Shown: piece after piece, positions 16,996-25,513 of the stretch | How positions within the stretch are numbered: the first letter of the stretch is position 1 | Layout of the letters: each line of letters opens with the position of its first letter | Origin: a virus | Length of the DNA: 29,796 nt | Reading direction: 5' to 3' (one strand) | IMG/VR virus record: IMGVR_UViG_2884693830_000001 | Location: 65,459-95,254 of that record | Position numbers and translations under genes: made by a program | The notes under the pieces: generated by a model | Databases searched by the model: none | The model's input: only the letters and a program-made list of their open reading frames with translations | Told to the model about the DNA's origin: nothing

Positions 16996-17536
16996 GATCA
17001 GCCCACTTCGTTGCGTACTCCTGGTAAGGCACTGCCTGCCGCCACGCCGCGGCCTTGCCGGCGCGGAAGCTCTCGATGGTGGCCAGGTCGTCGGCCAGGT
17101 CCATGCCGAGGAGCTCGTCATCCTCGTTGAACCGGAGGACCACCGCGACCGTGTCGAACAGCCAGTAGTCCACCTCGGGGAGATCGAGCCCGCGGGCCTG
17201 GTCGCGCGGGAGGTACCGGATGTCCTCACCCGCTTCGGCGTTGCCCGCGTTGAGCCGCAGCTCGAACCGGATGTAGTCGCTCGGCGGCTCAGTGACCACC
17301 CTCACGCGCTCGACGCGCCTGCCGGCCTCGGCGACCTCCTGCATGAGCTGCATCCAGGTGACGCGCTGCGCGGCGTTCAGCTCGTCGAGACGTGGCCAGT
17401 CGCGAGCTTGGAACGCCTCCCAACGGTCGCGTTCGGCGGGGACGTTGTACCGGTCGCGGAGTTCCAGGCGGAACACGTCGGATGTGGCCTGGCGGAACAT
17501 GTCGAGGAACTCATCAGGTGAGACCTCGCTCGTCAC
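16970..17536 (-). CDS. DUF6879-family protein
   Basis: FRLELRDRY, RVRVVTEPPSDYIRFE, AGEDIRYLPR, DYWLFD motifs; GTGA coupling. Confidence 0.82.
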   Translation of the reverse strand: MTSEVSPDEFLDMFRQATSDVFRLELRDRYNVPAERDRWEAFQARDWPRLDELNAAQRVTWMQLMQEVAEAGRRVERVRVVTEPPSDYIRFELRLNAGNAEAGEDIRYLPRDQARGLDLPEVDYWLFDTVAVVLRFNEDDELLGMDLADDLATIESFRAGKAAAWRQAVPYQEYATKWADLAEPSSGT

Positions 17537-17739
17537 TGCACCTCCCGTGGAAGGTCGAGGACATCCCACGGAACCTCGACGGCGATCTCGTCGGGCGCCA
17601 GGTCGCGAAGGTCGCCCAGGGCCTCAGGGTCGGTGATCTGCTTCCCCTGGACCACGGCGGTGCCGCGATCGGTTCTGTACAGGGCGGGGCAGCTGCCCTC
17701 GTTGCTGCCGCCGGTCTTGCCGAGGTACGTCAACCGCAT
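17533..17739 (-). CDS. Small partner protein of the DUF6879/XRE triad (68 aa)
   Basis: SCPALYRTDRGTAVVQG...E.AVEVP motif; RBS GAGAGG. Confidence 0.8.
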   Translation of the reverse strand: MRLTYLGKTGGSNEGSCPALYRTDRGTAVVQGKQITDPEALGDLRDLAPDEIAVEVPWDVLDLPREVQ

Positions 17740-17758
17740 GGCCGTCCTCTCGACGAGT

Positions 17759-17777
17759 GATTGCGCGCAATCGCGCG
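17759..17777. promoter_or_regulatory. Putative XRE operator copy 2
   Basis: Contains the perfect 14-bp palindrome GATTGCGCGCAATC, 20 nt upstream of the triad start. Confidence 0.55.
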
Positions 17778-17850
17778 CCTACGCACAGATGTTTCACGCC
17801 GTAGCCGGTCACAGTCAATGCCCGGCGCGGAAATGGCACGGCCGCAGTCT

Positions 17851-18606
17851 TCAGAGGCGTCTGAGCGGCAGGTCGTCGGTGTGGAACCGGATCCGCCGCG
17901 CGTTTGCCACCCGGTGCAGCAACTCGACGGGCTGAGCTTCGCCGTCGAGAGTGACGCGTTCAGCGGTCAGGACGGACACGCTGGGCCGGAGCCGTAGCGT
18001 CTCCGCTTCATCCTTCGTCGCTGCGCGGGCGCCGACGATCTCGCGGACCCGGGCGGCCGCGGGGTCGAGCACGCCGGTGGCGATGAGCGCGGCCAGGATG
18101 CCGCCGTCGACCTTATCGCTGCCGGCCACGGGAGTGCCGTCGACGACGGAGAGCGGGTAGTACGCCGTGTCGAGCATGACGGCCTGGCCGTCGACGAGGG
18201 CGTGCCGGTAGCGGCGGACGACGGTCGCGCCGACGCTGAGTTGCAGCCCTCTCGCGACGTCGGGCGCGGCCGCCCCGCGGTCGACGGAGATGAGCTGCAT
18301 GGTGCCGGTGCGCCCGGCGGCGTGGCAGGCAGTTTCCCAGGGGCCGAGTCCGTTGCTGGGCGGGGTGGCCATGCTGAGGTCGATGTAGAGGGGCCGGGTG
18401 TCTTGGACGATGAGGCCTCGGTTCGCGACGCGCCATACGAGGCCCTCGTCGCGGAGGGCTTTCACAGCGGCGCTGATGGTGTTGCTTGTGGTCTTGTAGG
18501 TGGCTTTCATGGCGTTCTGGTTGGGGAGCACGTCACCGGGCGCGTAGGTGCCGTTGGTGATGAGCTCGCGAAGGTGGTTCGCGATCTCGTCGCGCCTGGT
18601 GGTCAC
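17851..18606 (-). CDS. GntR-family (HutC/UTRA) repressor, KorSA/TraR-like
   Basis: N-terminal wHTH (IANHLRELITNGTYAPGDVLP), C-terminal UTRA-like domain; RBS AGGAGG; divergent from the transfer operon. Confidence 0.9.
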   Translation of the reverse strand: MTTRRDEIANHLRELITNGTYAPGDVLPNQNAMKATYKTTSNTISAAVKALRDEGLVWRVANRGLIVQDTRPLYIDLSMATPPSNGLGPWETACHAAGRTGTMQLISVDRGAAAPDVARGLQLSVGATVVRRYRHALVDGQAVMLDTAYYPLSVVDGTPVAGSDKVDGGILAALIATGVLDPAAARVREIVGARAATKDEAETLRLRPSVSVLTAERVTLDGEAQPVELLHRVANARRIRFHTDDLPLRRL

Positions 18607-18658
18607 GTGCGCCCTCCTGCTGGTGTGTGTCGATCACAGGATGTTGCCACAAGAGCGT

Positions 18659-18688
18659 TTGACAATTGATCGTGTCTTGAATCATCAT
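18659..18688 (+). promoter_or_regulatory. Housekeeping-sigma promoter of the whiB-spd-traB operon
   Basis: TTGACA, 18-nt spacer, CATCAT in an AT-rich intergenic region. Confidence 0.55.
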
Positions 18689-18696
18689 GCTTTCAG

Positions 18697-18726
18697 CACG
18701 CTATGTTATCTAGATAACAGAGCGTG
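18697..18726. promoter_or_regulatory. Putative GntR operator
   Basis: CACGCTaTGTTATCTAGATAACAgAGCGTG: 30-bp inverted repeat with a perfect 16-bp core; GT..TA..AC symmetry as in HutC-subfamily sites. Confidence 0.75.
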
Positions 18727-18860
18727 AGTGCGGCGCGAAAAAGCGGCCCCCGGAACTCAGCGGGTACCCATCCCGCACCGGAGGCCGCTCAACCACTTCC
18801 CAACCAACCCAATTAGCCAGGAGAACACGACCGTGAAAGGTCTGTGGTGGTGAGAAAAGT

Positions 18861-19223
18861 ATGACACGCGCTAAGCCCCCCACGTCGGATCTTGCCCGAC
18901 TCCACTCCCTGTACGACCGGATCGCCGAGCAGGGCCTGTGCACCAGGCCCGGCGCCGACCCCAACCACTGGTTCCCCGAGCGCGAGCCCGGCCGCAACGC
19001 CGAGACCCAGCGCCGCTTCTACGAGCAGGCCGCCGCCGCCCGATGCTTCGACTGCCCGGCCAAGACCGCATGCCGGGTGACGGCCGAGATCGAGGAGAGC
19101 GAACTCCTCCTGGAGCACGGCTACACGCCGCACGGCATCCGGGCCGGCCTCGCTCCCTGGGTACGCCTCGATCTCCTTATCGCAAGCAATAAGGCAAGCA
19201 ACGTTGAAGAGGAAGCTGCGTGA
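18861..19223 (+). CDS. WhiB-family Fe-S transcription factor
   Basis: LC...DPNHWFP...CFDCPAKTAC...GIRAG (variant of GVWGG). Confidence 0.88.
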   Translation: MTRAKPPTSDLARLHSLYDRIAEQGLCTRPGADPNHWFPEREPGRNAETQRRFYEQAAAARCFDCPAKTACRVTAEIEESELLLEHGYTPHGIRAGLAPWVRLDLLIASNKASNVEEEAA

Positions 19224-20641
19224 ATCCCCTCGACTACGCCTCCGCCCTGTTCGACTACATCACCGACAATCCGGGCAGCTCGGCCGTCATCGCGGTCCTG
19301 GCGCTGGCCGCGCTGGCGCTGGCGTTCCTGCTGCTGCGCCTCGCGTGGCGGGCGATCTGCTGGCTGTTCGGCCGCTACGTCGCGCCGCGCCCCGTCGAGG
19401 ACGTGCTGACGATCGTGTCCGCATCCATCGCGACCGGCGTGTCCGCACAGGGCATGTGGCGCTTCTCCGGCGACGTGCTCGGATTCGACGGCCCGCTGCA
19501 GCTGCTGCTGTTCGCGTTCATCGAGGTCGCGATGGTGACCAGTGCAGTGCGGGCCCGCCGCAACATGCGGGAGAACGGCCGGGCAGGCGTCGACGGCCTG
19601 GCCGTGTGGGCGCTGACCGGCCTGTCCGCGGTGCTGTCCAGCATGGACTCCGGCAGCTTCCCCGAGGCCGTGTTCCGGCTGGCCGCGCCGATCGTCGCCG
19701 CGTGGCTATGGGAGCGCAGCATGGCGATCGAGCGGCAGCGGCTCACCGGCCGGACCCGGATCAACTGGCGGCTCACCCCGGAGCGAGTGCTCGTACGGGT
19801 CGGCCTGGCCGAGTCGTCCGACCGCACCGCGACCGATGTCGACACCCACCGTCGCCTCACCCGCGTCGCCCTCACGGCGAAGAGGGCGCGGGCGCTGCGC
19901 GAGACCGGCGCCTCCGACCGCAAGCAGGCCCGCGCGCTGGCCAAGCTGGACAAGGCGATGGACCGCGCGGTCGAGCACACGGGGCTCGTGCAGGACCAGG
20001 CCAGGCAGCAGCAGATGCTCGCCCAGATCGCGGCGCTCTACAACACGGCGAAGCTGACCGAGATCCAGCCGCGCCCGTTCTGGCAGCAGCTCGCCGACGA
20101 CAAGGCGGCGAAGGAGGAGCGGGACCGTGTCGCGGCGGATGCCGTGGCGCAGCTGCGCGGCTTCAGTGACCGTCACGCCCCGCTGCCATCGGCTGATGCA
20201 AGCACTGTTGCTCGCACCAACGGCACGCCTCGTGTCACGGGCGGTGGCACGACTGGCGGCGCGGCACCGACCGCCCCTGTGACACGCCCCCGCCCGCCCG
20301 TGTCACGGCCTCCGAAGACCGTGACACGCAAGCAGAACGGCACGCGTCATGGCACACCGGCGCAGCCCAGCAGGGAGGAGTTGGAGCGGCGCATCACGTG
20401 GCTGCACGACCTGGCCAAGACCACGCCGACGCTGAGTGTCACGGACCTGCGTGACAGAGCCGTCGAGGAGTACGGCGTCAGCCCACGCACCGCGTACCGG
20501 TACATCGAACAGGCCGGCCTGGCGCCCAGCAGCACGGCGGCGGGTGACACGACTCGTGACACGCCCAGTGACACACCTGATGGCACGACCCGTGACACGC
20601 CCGATGACACGGCATCCAGCACCTCGTCCGACGCGGCGTGA
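19220..20641 (+). CDS. Spread/transfer-type membrane protein (multi-TM N-terminus, coiled coil, C-terminal HTH)
   Basis: Several TM helices; C-terminal YGVSPRTAYRY HTH; GTGA coupling; AICE context. Confidence 0.7.
   Translation: MNPLDYASALFDYITDNPGSSAVIAVLALAALALAFLLLRLAWRAICWLFGRYVAPRPVEDVLTIVSASIATGVSAQGMWRFSGDVLGFDGPLQLLLFAFIEVAMVTSAVRARRNMRENGRAGVDGLAVWALTGLSAVLSSMDSGSFPEAVFRLAAPIVAAWLWERSMAIERQRLTGRTRINWRLTPERVLVRVGLAESSDRTATDVDTHRRLTRVALTAKRARALRETGASDRKQARALAKLDKAMDRAVEHTGLVQDQARQQQMLAQIAALYNTAKLTEIQPRPFWQQLADDKAAKEERDRVAADAVAQLRGFSDRHAPLPSADASTVARTNGTPRVTGGGTTGGAAPTAPVTRPRPPVSRPPKTVTRKQNGTRHGTPAQPSREELERRITWLHDLAKTTPTLSVTDLRDRAVEEYGVSPRTAYRYIEQAGLAPSSTAAGDTTRDTPSDTPDGTTRDTPDDTASSTSSDAA
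20198..20215. repeat. Dispersed 18-bp palindrome copy GCAAGC-ACTGTT-GCTCGC
   Basis: Inside the Spd-like gene, just before the octamer cluster. Confidence 0.7.
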
Positions 20642-20769
20642 CACGACCAGGAGGACACCATGCGACCGCCCTCGCGACGCCCCACCGCACCCAACATCAT
20701 CCGGTTCATCCTGATCTACCTGCTGGTGCAAGGAGCGGCCATCGCGGCCGTCGCCGCTGCCGTGTCACA
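20232..20769 (+). repeat. RTGDCACR octamer cluster including a 6 x 12-bp tandem array (20544-20611); candidate clt locus
   Basis: Copies at 20232, 20244, 20279, 20300, 20321, 20349, 20436, 20544, 20556, 20568, 20580, 20592, 20604, 20638, 20762. Confidence 0.8.
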
Positions 20770-20779
20770 GATCAAGTAG
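20660..20779 (+). CDS. 39-aa single-TM peptide, not in the ORF track
   Basis: RBS AGGAGG; MRPPSRRPTAPNIIRFILIYLLVQGAAIAAVAAAVSQIK. Confidence 0.65.
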   Translation: MRPPSRRPTAPNIIRFILIYLLVQGAAIAAVAAAVSQIK

Positions 20780-20817
20780 CCCCCGCACGACACCCCAACC
20801 AACCCGAAAGACGCGAC

Positions 20818-21246
20818 ATGAACCCCGAAGCGAATCTCGTCCAGCTCAGCAACTGCCTGCCGATGTGGCAGGCCGACAACGCCGACAACTTCCTCATCGG
20901 GTGGCTGCACTACCGCCCGGCCGACCCGTGGTTCGTGCAGGTGTACGTCTCCGGCGGCGTCGTCACGCTGGACGTGCCCCGCGACGTGCTCCTCAAGGGA
21001 CTGGACGAGCTGGCAGCCTGCGAGGACCTGAAGGTGCAGCCGTCCGGTGAGCCGATGTGGACGCTGTTCACGCTGCGATGGAACCCGGACGAGCCGCTGA
21101 CGTTCCGCGTGCCGACCGCCAACCTGCGCAGCTACCTCGCCGAGACGGCGAAGCTCGTGCCGTACGGCGGCGAGGAGACCCGCATCGACTGGGACAGCGA
21201 GATCACCGAGCTGTTCGAGGAAGCCCAAGAAGGTGACATTCCGTGA
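20818..21246 (+). CDS. SsgA-like protein (SALP family)
   Basis: LHYRPADPWFV, RDVLLKGL, DLKVQP, LRSYLAETAKLVPYGGE...DWD. Confidence 0.85.
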   Translation: MNPEANLVQLSNCLPMWQADNADNFLIGWLHYRPADPWFVQVYVSGGVVTLDVPRDVLLKGLDELAACEDLKVQPSGEPMWTLFTLRWNPDEPLTFRVPTANLRSYLAETAKLVPYGGEETRIDWDSEITELFEEAQEGDIP

Positions 21247-21405
21247 CCGGGAGTCGAGGCCGATCCGTCGCCCGCGCGGCGCTGACCGGCAGCTTCGCGG
21301 ACGGTCCAACGCGCGCCCGCGCTGCGCAACGCGCACGCCCGCGCATGCGCGCGCGCGAGGCGCAGCCTACCAAAGATCACAGACCGTAAGCAGGGGGAGT
21401 AGCAA

Positions 21406-21672
21406 GTGGCCAAGGACCGCACCGGCCCGGAGGAGCGGAAGGCGTACCACAGCGGCCGGATCAACGGCGAGCGGAACGGCGTCCGCCGCTTCTGGTGGGC
21501 CGCGTGCTGGGTCGCGGCTGAACTGAAGCAGCTCGCCAAGCGGGATCCCGCCAAGGCCCACGCGGACGCCCTGCACCTGGCCAAGCAGATGCGCGACATC
21601 GCCGCCGATCTGAACGACAAGCACCTGAAGCACCTCGAAGCCCAGAAGGGAGGGACCAGCCGTGCCATATGA
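21406..21672 (+). CDS. Hypothetical protein (88 aa)
   Basis: RBS GGGGGAG; good codon bias. Confidence 0.7.
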   Translation: MAKDRTGPEERKAYHSGRINGERNGVRRFWWAACWVAAELKQLAKRDPAKAHADALHLAKQMRDIAADLNDKHLKHLEAQKGGTSRAI

Positions 21673-22120
21673 ACTGAGCCTGCCCAACGACGGCGACGAG
21701 CGGCCGGAGCAGGACAACGTGGTCGTCGGCCCATTCCCGGCGCCGGCCGCCGACGACGCCGCGCCCGTCCCCGCCGAGCAGGACGAGACCGAGACGGCGG
21801 TGTCCCTCTGGTCGACGGCCTCGGCCGAGCTGCTGCCCCGCGCGGAGCAGCTGCTCGACGCGCTCGTGGTGGGCGACGGCCTGTTCGGTCAGCGGCCCGC
21901 GAGCATCGCGACGTTGGCCCGGCAGTACTGGATCGACCCGCCGCAGTTCGTCCGCGGGGCCGCCGCACTGCGCATCGCGTACGCCCTGTACGGAGTGCCG
22001 GTCATCACGGCGAACATCGCCGCACAGACCCTCCTGCTGATCATCCGCTACCCGTCGCTGCTGGCCGCCGTTGTGGTCGTCGGCTCGGTGGTGCTCCTCT
22101 TCACAATCGTTCTCGCCTGA
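21662..22120 (+). CDS. Membrane protein, Spd-like
   Basis: RBS GGAGG; two C-terminal hydrophobic helices. Confidence 0.7.
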   Translation: MPYELSLPNDGDERPEQDNVVVGPFPAPAADDAAPVPAEQDETETAVSLWSTASAELLPRAEQLLDALVVGDGLFGQRPASIATLARQYWIDPPQFVRGAAALRIAYALYGVPVITANIAAQTLLLIIRYPSLLAAVVVVGSVVLLFTIVLA

Positions 22121-22134
22121 AAGGCAGCCCTGTC

Positions 22135-22563
22135 ATGGAAATTACGTTCGGCCTGGCCGCGGGCGGCGTCGTGGTCGCCGCGGTGGCCGTCGCTCCTTCG
22201 CTCATGGTCATGAAGAACAAGAAGCTGTTCAAGAAGATCCACTTCCTCGTCGGCATCGTCATGATCCTCGGCGGGATGGGTCTCATCGCGCTCACCGCGT
22301 GGCTGGTCGGTATCGGCCGGAACTGGGGGCTGACCGTGTGGATCGGGGTGCCCGCCGTCATCGCCCTGGTCCTGGTCGTCATCGGTGTCGGCATCGGCGT
22401 GTCTGACTGGAACATCGGCAAGCCGTCGCAGTGGGGCCTGTTCGCGCTCCCGGCACTGATCACGGCCGTCGTCATGACGTCCGGCCCGACCTGGGACTAC
22501 ATCAGCTCCAAGTTCAGCAGCAACGCCGAGACGCTCAAGGCTCAGGTGGAGGGGTCGAAATGA
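22135..22563 (+). CDS. Four-TM membrane protein, Spd-like
   Basis: RBS GAAAGG; four hydrophobic segments. Confidence 0.75.
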   Translation: MEITFGLAAGGVVVAAVAVAPSLMVMKNKKLFKKIHFLVGIVMILGGMGLIALTAWLVGIGRNWGLTVWIGVPAVIALVLVVIGVGIGVSDWNIGKPSQWGLFALPALITAVVMTSGPTWDYISSKFSSNAETLKAQVEGSK

Positions 22564-23483
22564 CCATGCTGCTCCTCGCGCTGGTGCTGGCCGCGCTCAT
22601 CACCGGCGTCGTCCTGTGGCGGCGGCCGGACGCCCGCGTTGTCGCTGCCGGGGCGTGGAACGCGGGCAAGGCCCAGGCCGCGATCGAGTTCCGGCAGGGC
22701 TACCAGGCGACCCGCGACGCATACGACCAGGCGCAGAAGGCGTTGCGGGGTCGCGGCACCAAGCGGGCTCGCGTCCTGTCGGGGTTGCTGGAACTGCTGG
22801 GCGTCACCGTGGTGACGGCCGGCGGCGCGGTGTACGGCGCGGCCAAGACGCTCGGCGCGACCCGCCGCGTCCTGATCGAGGCCGCCCGCGGCGGGCGCGC
22901 CGCGTACGAGACGCTCGAGGTCGAAGCGATCGAGATCGAGAAAGCCGACGCCGCCGACGCAGACGTGGTGTACGACGACACCACGTACGTTGTGCCGCCT
23001 GCGGAGGGCGGCACGGCCAAGCTGATCACGAACTCGATCATCATCGCGACCACCGAGTGCGAGAGGTGCGGCGCGGACCACTCGGTGATGCTCCAGCCCG
23101 GCAAGGACAAGACCGTCGCCATGTGCAGGTGCGGCCAGGAGATCCACATCTCCCGGGCCGCGCCGCACACGCAAGCAGAACCGCTTGCGGAAACAGACAC
23201 CAACACCGGCGCCGCCCAGGCGCCCAACTCGGGAGGAACCGACATGTCCGTGTCTCAGGAGGCCACCGGCCTGACCAGCTACTCGCTCGCGCACCAGCAG
23301 ATCGCGGCGCAGCTGAACGACCTCGTCAACACCAGCAACGCGCTGGTCGCGTCCATGGGTGATCTGCTCGCCCAGCACTCGATCCTGGTCGGCAACGCCG
23401 CTGTTCTGCAGGACCTCATGCGGCAGGCGTCGAGCGTCGCGGATCGGATCGCGACGGACGCTGCCGCTGCCGCCACCGCGTGA
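22560..23483 (+). CDS. Membrane-anchored protein with a Zn-ribbon and helical C-terminus
   Basis: ATGA coupling; N-terminal TM; CERC...CRC; lies directly upstream of traB. Confidence 0.75.
   Translation: MTMLLLALVLAALITGVVLWRRPDARVVAAGAWNAGKAQAAIEFRQGYQATRDAYDQAQKALRGRGTKRARVLSGLLELLGVTVVTAGGAVYGAAKTLGATRRVLIEAARGGRAAYETLEVEAIEIEKADAADADVVYDDTTYVVPPAEGGTAKLITNSIIIATTECERCGADHSVMLQPGKDKTVAMCRCGQEIHISRAAPHTQAEPLAETDTNTGAAQAPNSGGTDMSVSQEATGLTSYSLAHQQIAAQLNDLVNTSNALVASMGDLLAQHSILVGNAAVLQDLMRQASSVADRIATDAAAAATA
23171..23188. repeat. Dispersed 18-bp palindrome copy GCAAGC-AGAACC-GCTTGC
   Basis: Perfect arms; in a linker-coding region upstream of traB. Confidence 0.75.
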
Positions 23484-23578
23484 CCGCTGAGGTTGCGGGC
23501 CCCGCCACGGATACGCGTCGTGGCGGGTGCCCGGAGCAGAGCGATCATCCTGGGAACGCCTGGAAGGGAACGCCACTC

Positions 23579-25513
23579 ATGGCCACCACCGTCAAGAAGC
23601 AGCCGAAGATCACCGCACCCGAGGAGGAGAAGCCCAAGCCGAAGAGGGTGCGGCGTGCTATGCGCCGCCTCAAGCATCGCAAGAAGGGCCGCCGCCGGTA
23701 CGCCCGGCCGGTGGTGTGGCTGGCCGGTATCCAGGCCACCGCCGTGTTCGCTGACGTGACCGGCCTCGGCCTGGAGATCAGCGGCGCAGCTATGGTGCTC
23801 GCCGCTGGCGTGAGGATGGTCAAGGCGCGGCGGCGCGGCCAGAAACCCGCGATGAAGCGCACCGTGGCGGGCAGCGTGTGGCTGCTGGCGGCCACCATCA
23901 TCGGCCCGTACGGGCTGATGGCGCTCGTGCTGTGGGTCGTCGGCCTGGTCATGGCGGTGCCGTACTGGTACGAGCTGTACCGGGAGGACGACCGCGGCCG
24001 CCGGGAGTCTCGTCCGAAGGCGCTGCCGAAGAGCACCGTGTCCGGCGTCGAAGCCTGGTGGGACCAGACGGTCGTCCCGAACCACGTGGCGTTCGCCGGG
24101 ACCCGCCTCGCCCAGCCCGAGCCCGTCCCGGGCGGGTTCACCGTCGTCATCGTCGGCGAGCCCGGCAAGACCGAGCTGGACAAGATGGCCAAGGCGATCG
24201 GCACCGTCGCGTCGGCCCGCCGCGTGGCCAAGGACCAGGTCGAGCTCGGACCGGCGCCCGGCGGCGACCACTCGGGCGCTCGGCTCACGGTGATCGAGCG
24301 GGGCGACAACCTGCGCGCGACGCGGTTCCTGGAGGACGACTCGGCGGCGATCGACCTGGAGACCGGCATTGCCCGTGTCGGCTCCTTCTTCGACCTCAAG
24401 CCCGCGCACTGGAGCTTTTGGACCACGAGCGCGGGCGCGCAGATGGGCATCAACGCGGGGTCAACCGGCGCCGGCAAGTCCCAGTTCGGCGCGACCAAGC
24501 TGGCGCTGGTGCACCAGTGCGAACTCGCTGTGGCGGCGCTCCTCGACAATCAGGACGGCAGCTCTCAGCCGGACTGGAACGGTCGCACCGCGATCAGTCG
24601 AGAAGGCGTGGAGGCGTGCTGGGAAGAGCTGCAGGCGCTCGACTACGTGATGGGCCGCCGCGCACAGCACATCGCGCATGCACCGTGGGCCGATGAGCTG
24701 GGCCGCGAGCGGCGCGGCAAGCCGTTCCTTCTGCCGGGCGACCCGGACGTGGGCCGCATGGTGCTGATGTACGTGGCGATCGAGGAGCTGCCCCTGCTCC
24801 TGGGCGACCCTGAGATCGGGCCTGAGGCGACTGACCTGCTGGCGTCGGCCGCGAAGACGTGGCGCAAGCCCGGCGGCGCGATCGACGTGTTCACCCAGAA
24901 CTTGGGCCTGGAGAACTTCGGCGGGCGGCCGATCTCGAACACGCTCCGCTCGAACCTGTCCGGCGGCGGCTCAGTGGCGGCGTTCCGTACCGGCTCCAGC
25001 CAGGACTGGCACATGGTCGGGCTGGCGGCCGACCCGTCGACGCTGCCGGAGTTCTGGGAGGGAACCCGGGAGAAGACCCACGGCCTAGGGTTCATGAAGG
25101 GCATCGACAACCGGCCAGGCGGCAAGTGGCGGGCGTCGATCTCGCGGGACTTGTTCGGCATCGCAACCAGTCCGGCGGCCGGGCAGCTCGACGACATCAC
25201 ACGCGGCTTCTACGAGGAGTACTACGAGATGCGCCGCCGTGGCGTCGACCCGCGCGACCCGGACGCCGTGACACCGGCGAAGGCATCTCCGGCCGCGCCG
25301 AAGTGGTCGTCAGGGGACGTGGAGGCCGTGGTCGAGCATGTGCTGCTTAGCGGCCCGCGTGAGATCGGCGCGATCTGTGTGGCCGCGCGGCGGCGGCTCG
25401 GGGATATGCCGCTCGGCGAGGTTCCGGCCGCGTTGCGGGCGTTGGAGAAGGCAGGCCGGGTCCGGAAGACCGGCGACGATTCGTACCAGCTCGTGAAGGA
25501 GGTCCAGCAGTGA
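23579..25513 (+). CDS. traB: TraB-like FtsK/SpoIIIE conjugative dsDNA translocase
   Basis: N-terminal TM helices; Walker A GSTGAGKS; Walker B VAIEE; TQN and LRSNL motifs; C-terminal winged-helix-like domain. Confidence 0.82.
   Translation: MATTVKKQPKITAPEEEKPKPKRVRRAMRRLKHRKKGRRRYARPVVWLAGIQATAVFADVTGLGLEISGAAMVLAAGVRMVKARRRGQKPAMKRTVAGSVWLLAATIIGPYGLMALVLWVVGLVMAVPYWYELYREDDRGRRESRPKALPKSTVSGVEAWWDQTVVPNHVAFAGTRLAQPEPVPGGFTVVIVGEPGKTELDKMAKAIGTVASARRVAKDQVELGPAPGGDHSGARLTVIERGDNLRATRFLEDDSAAIDLETGIARVGSFFDLKPAHWSFWTTSAGAQMGINAGSTGAGKSQFGATKLALVHQCELAVAALLDNQDGSSQPDWNGRTAISREGVEACWEELQALDYVMGRRAQHIAHAPWADELGRERRGKPFLLPGDPDVGRMVLMYVAIEELPLLLGDPEIGPEATDLLASAAKTWRKPGGAIDVFTQNLGLENFGGRPISNTLRSNLSGGGSVAAFRTGSSQDWHMVGLAADPSTLPEFWEGTREKTHGLGFMKGIDNRPGGKWRASISRDLFGIATSPAAGQLDDITRGFYEEYYEMRRRGVDPRDPDAVTPAKASPAAPKWSSGDVEAVVEHVLLSGPREIGAICVAARRRLGDMPLGEVPAALRALEKAGRVRKTGDDSYQLVKEVQQ

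Noticed and set aside
20544-20611. CRISPR array
   Set aside because: 12-bp period with no unique spacers and no cas genes
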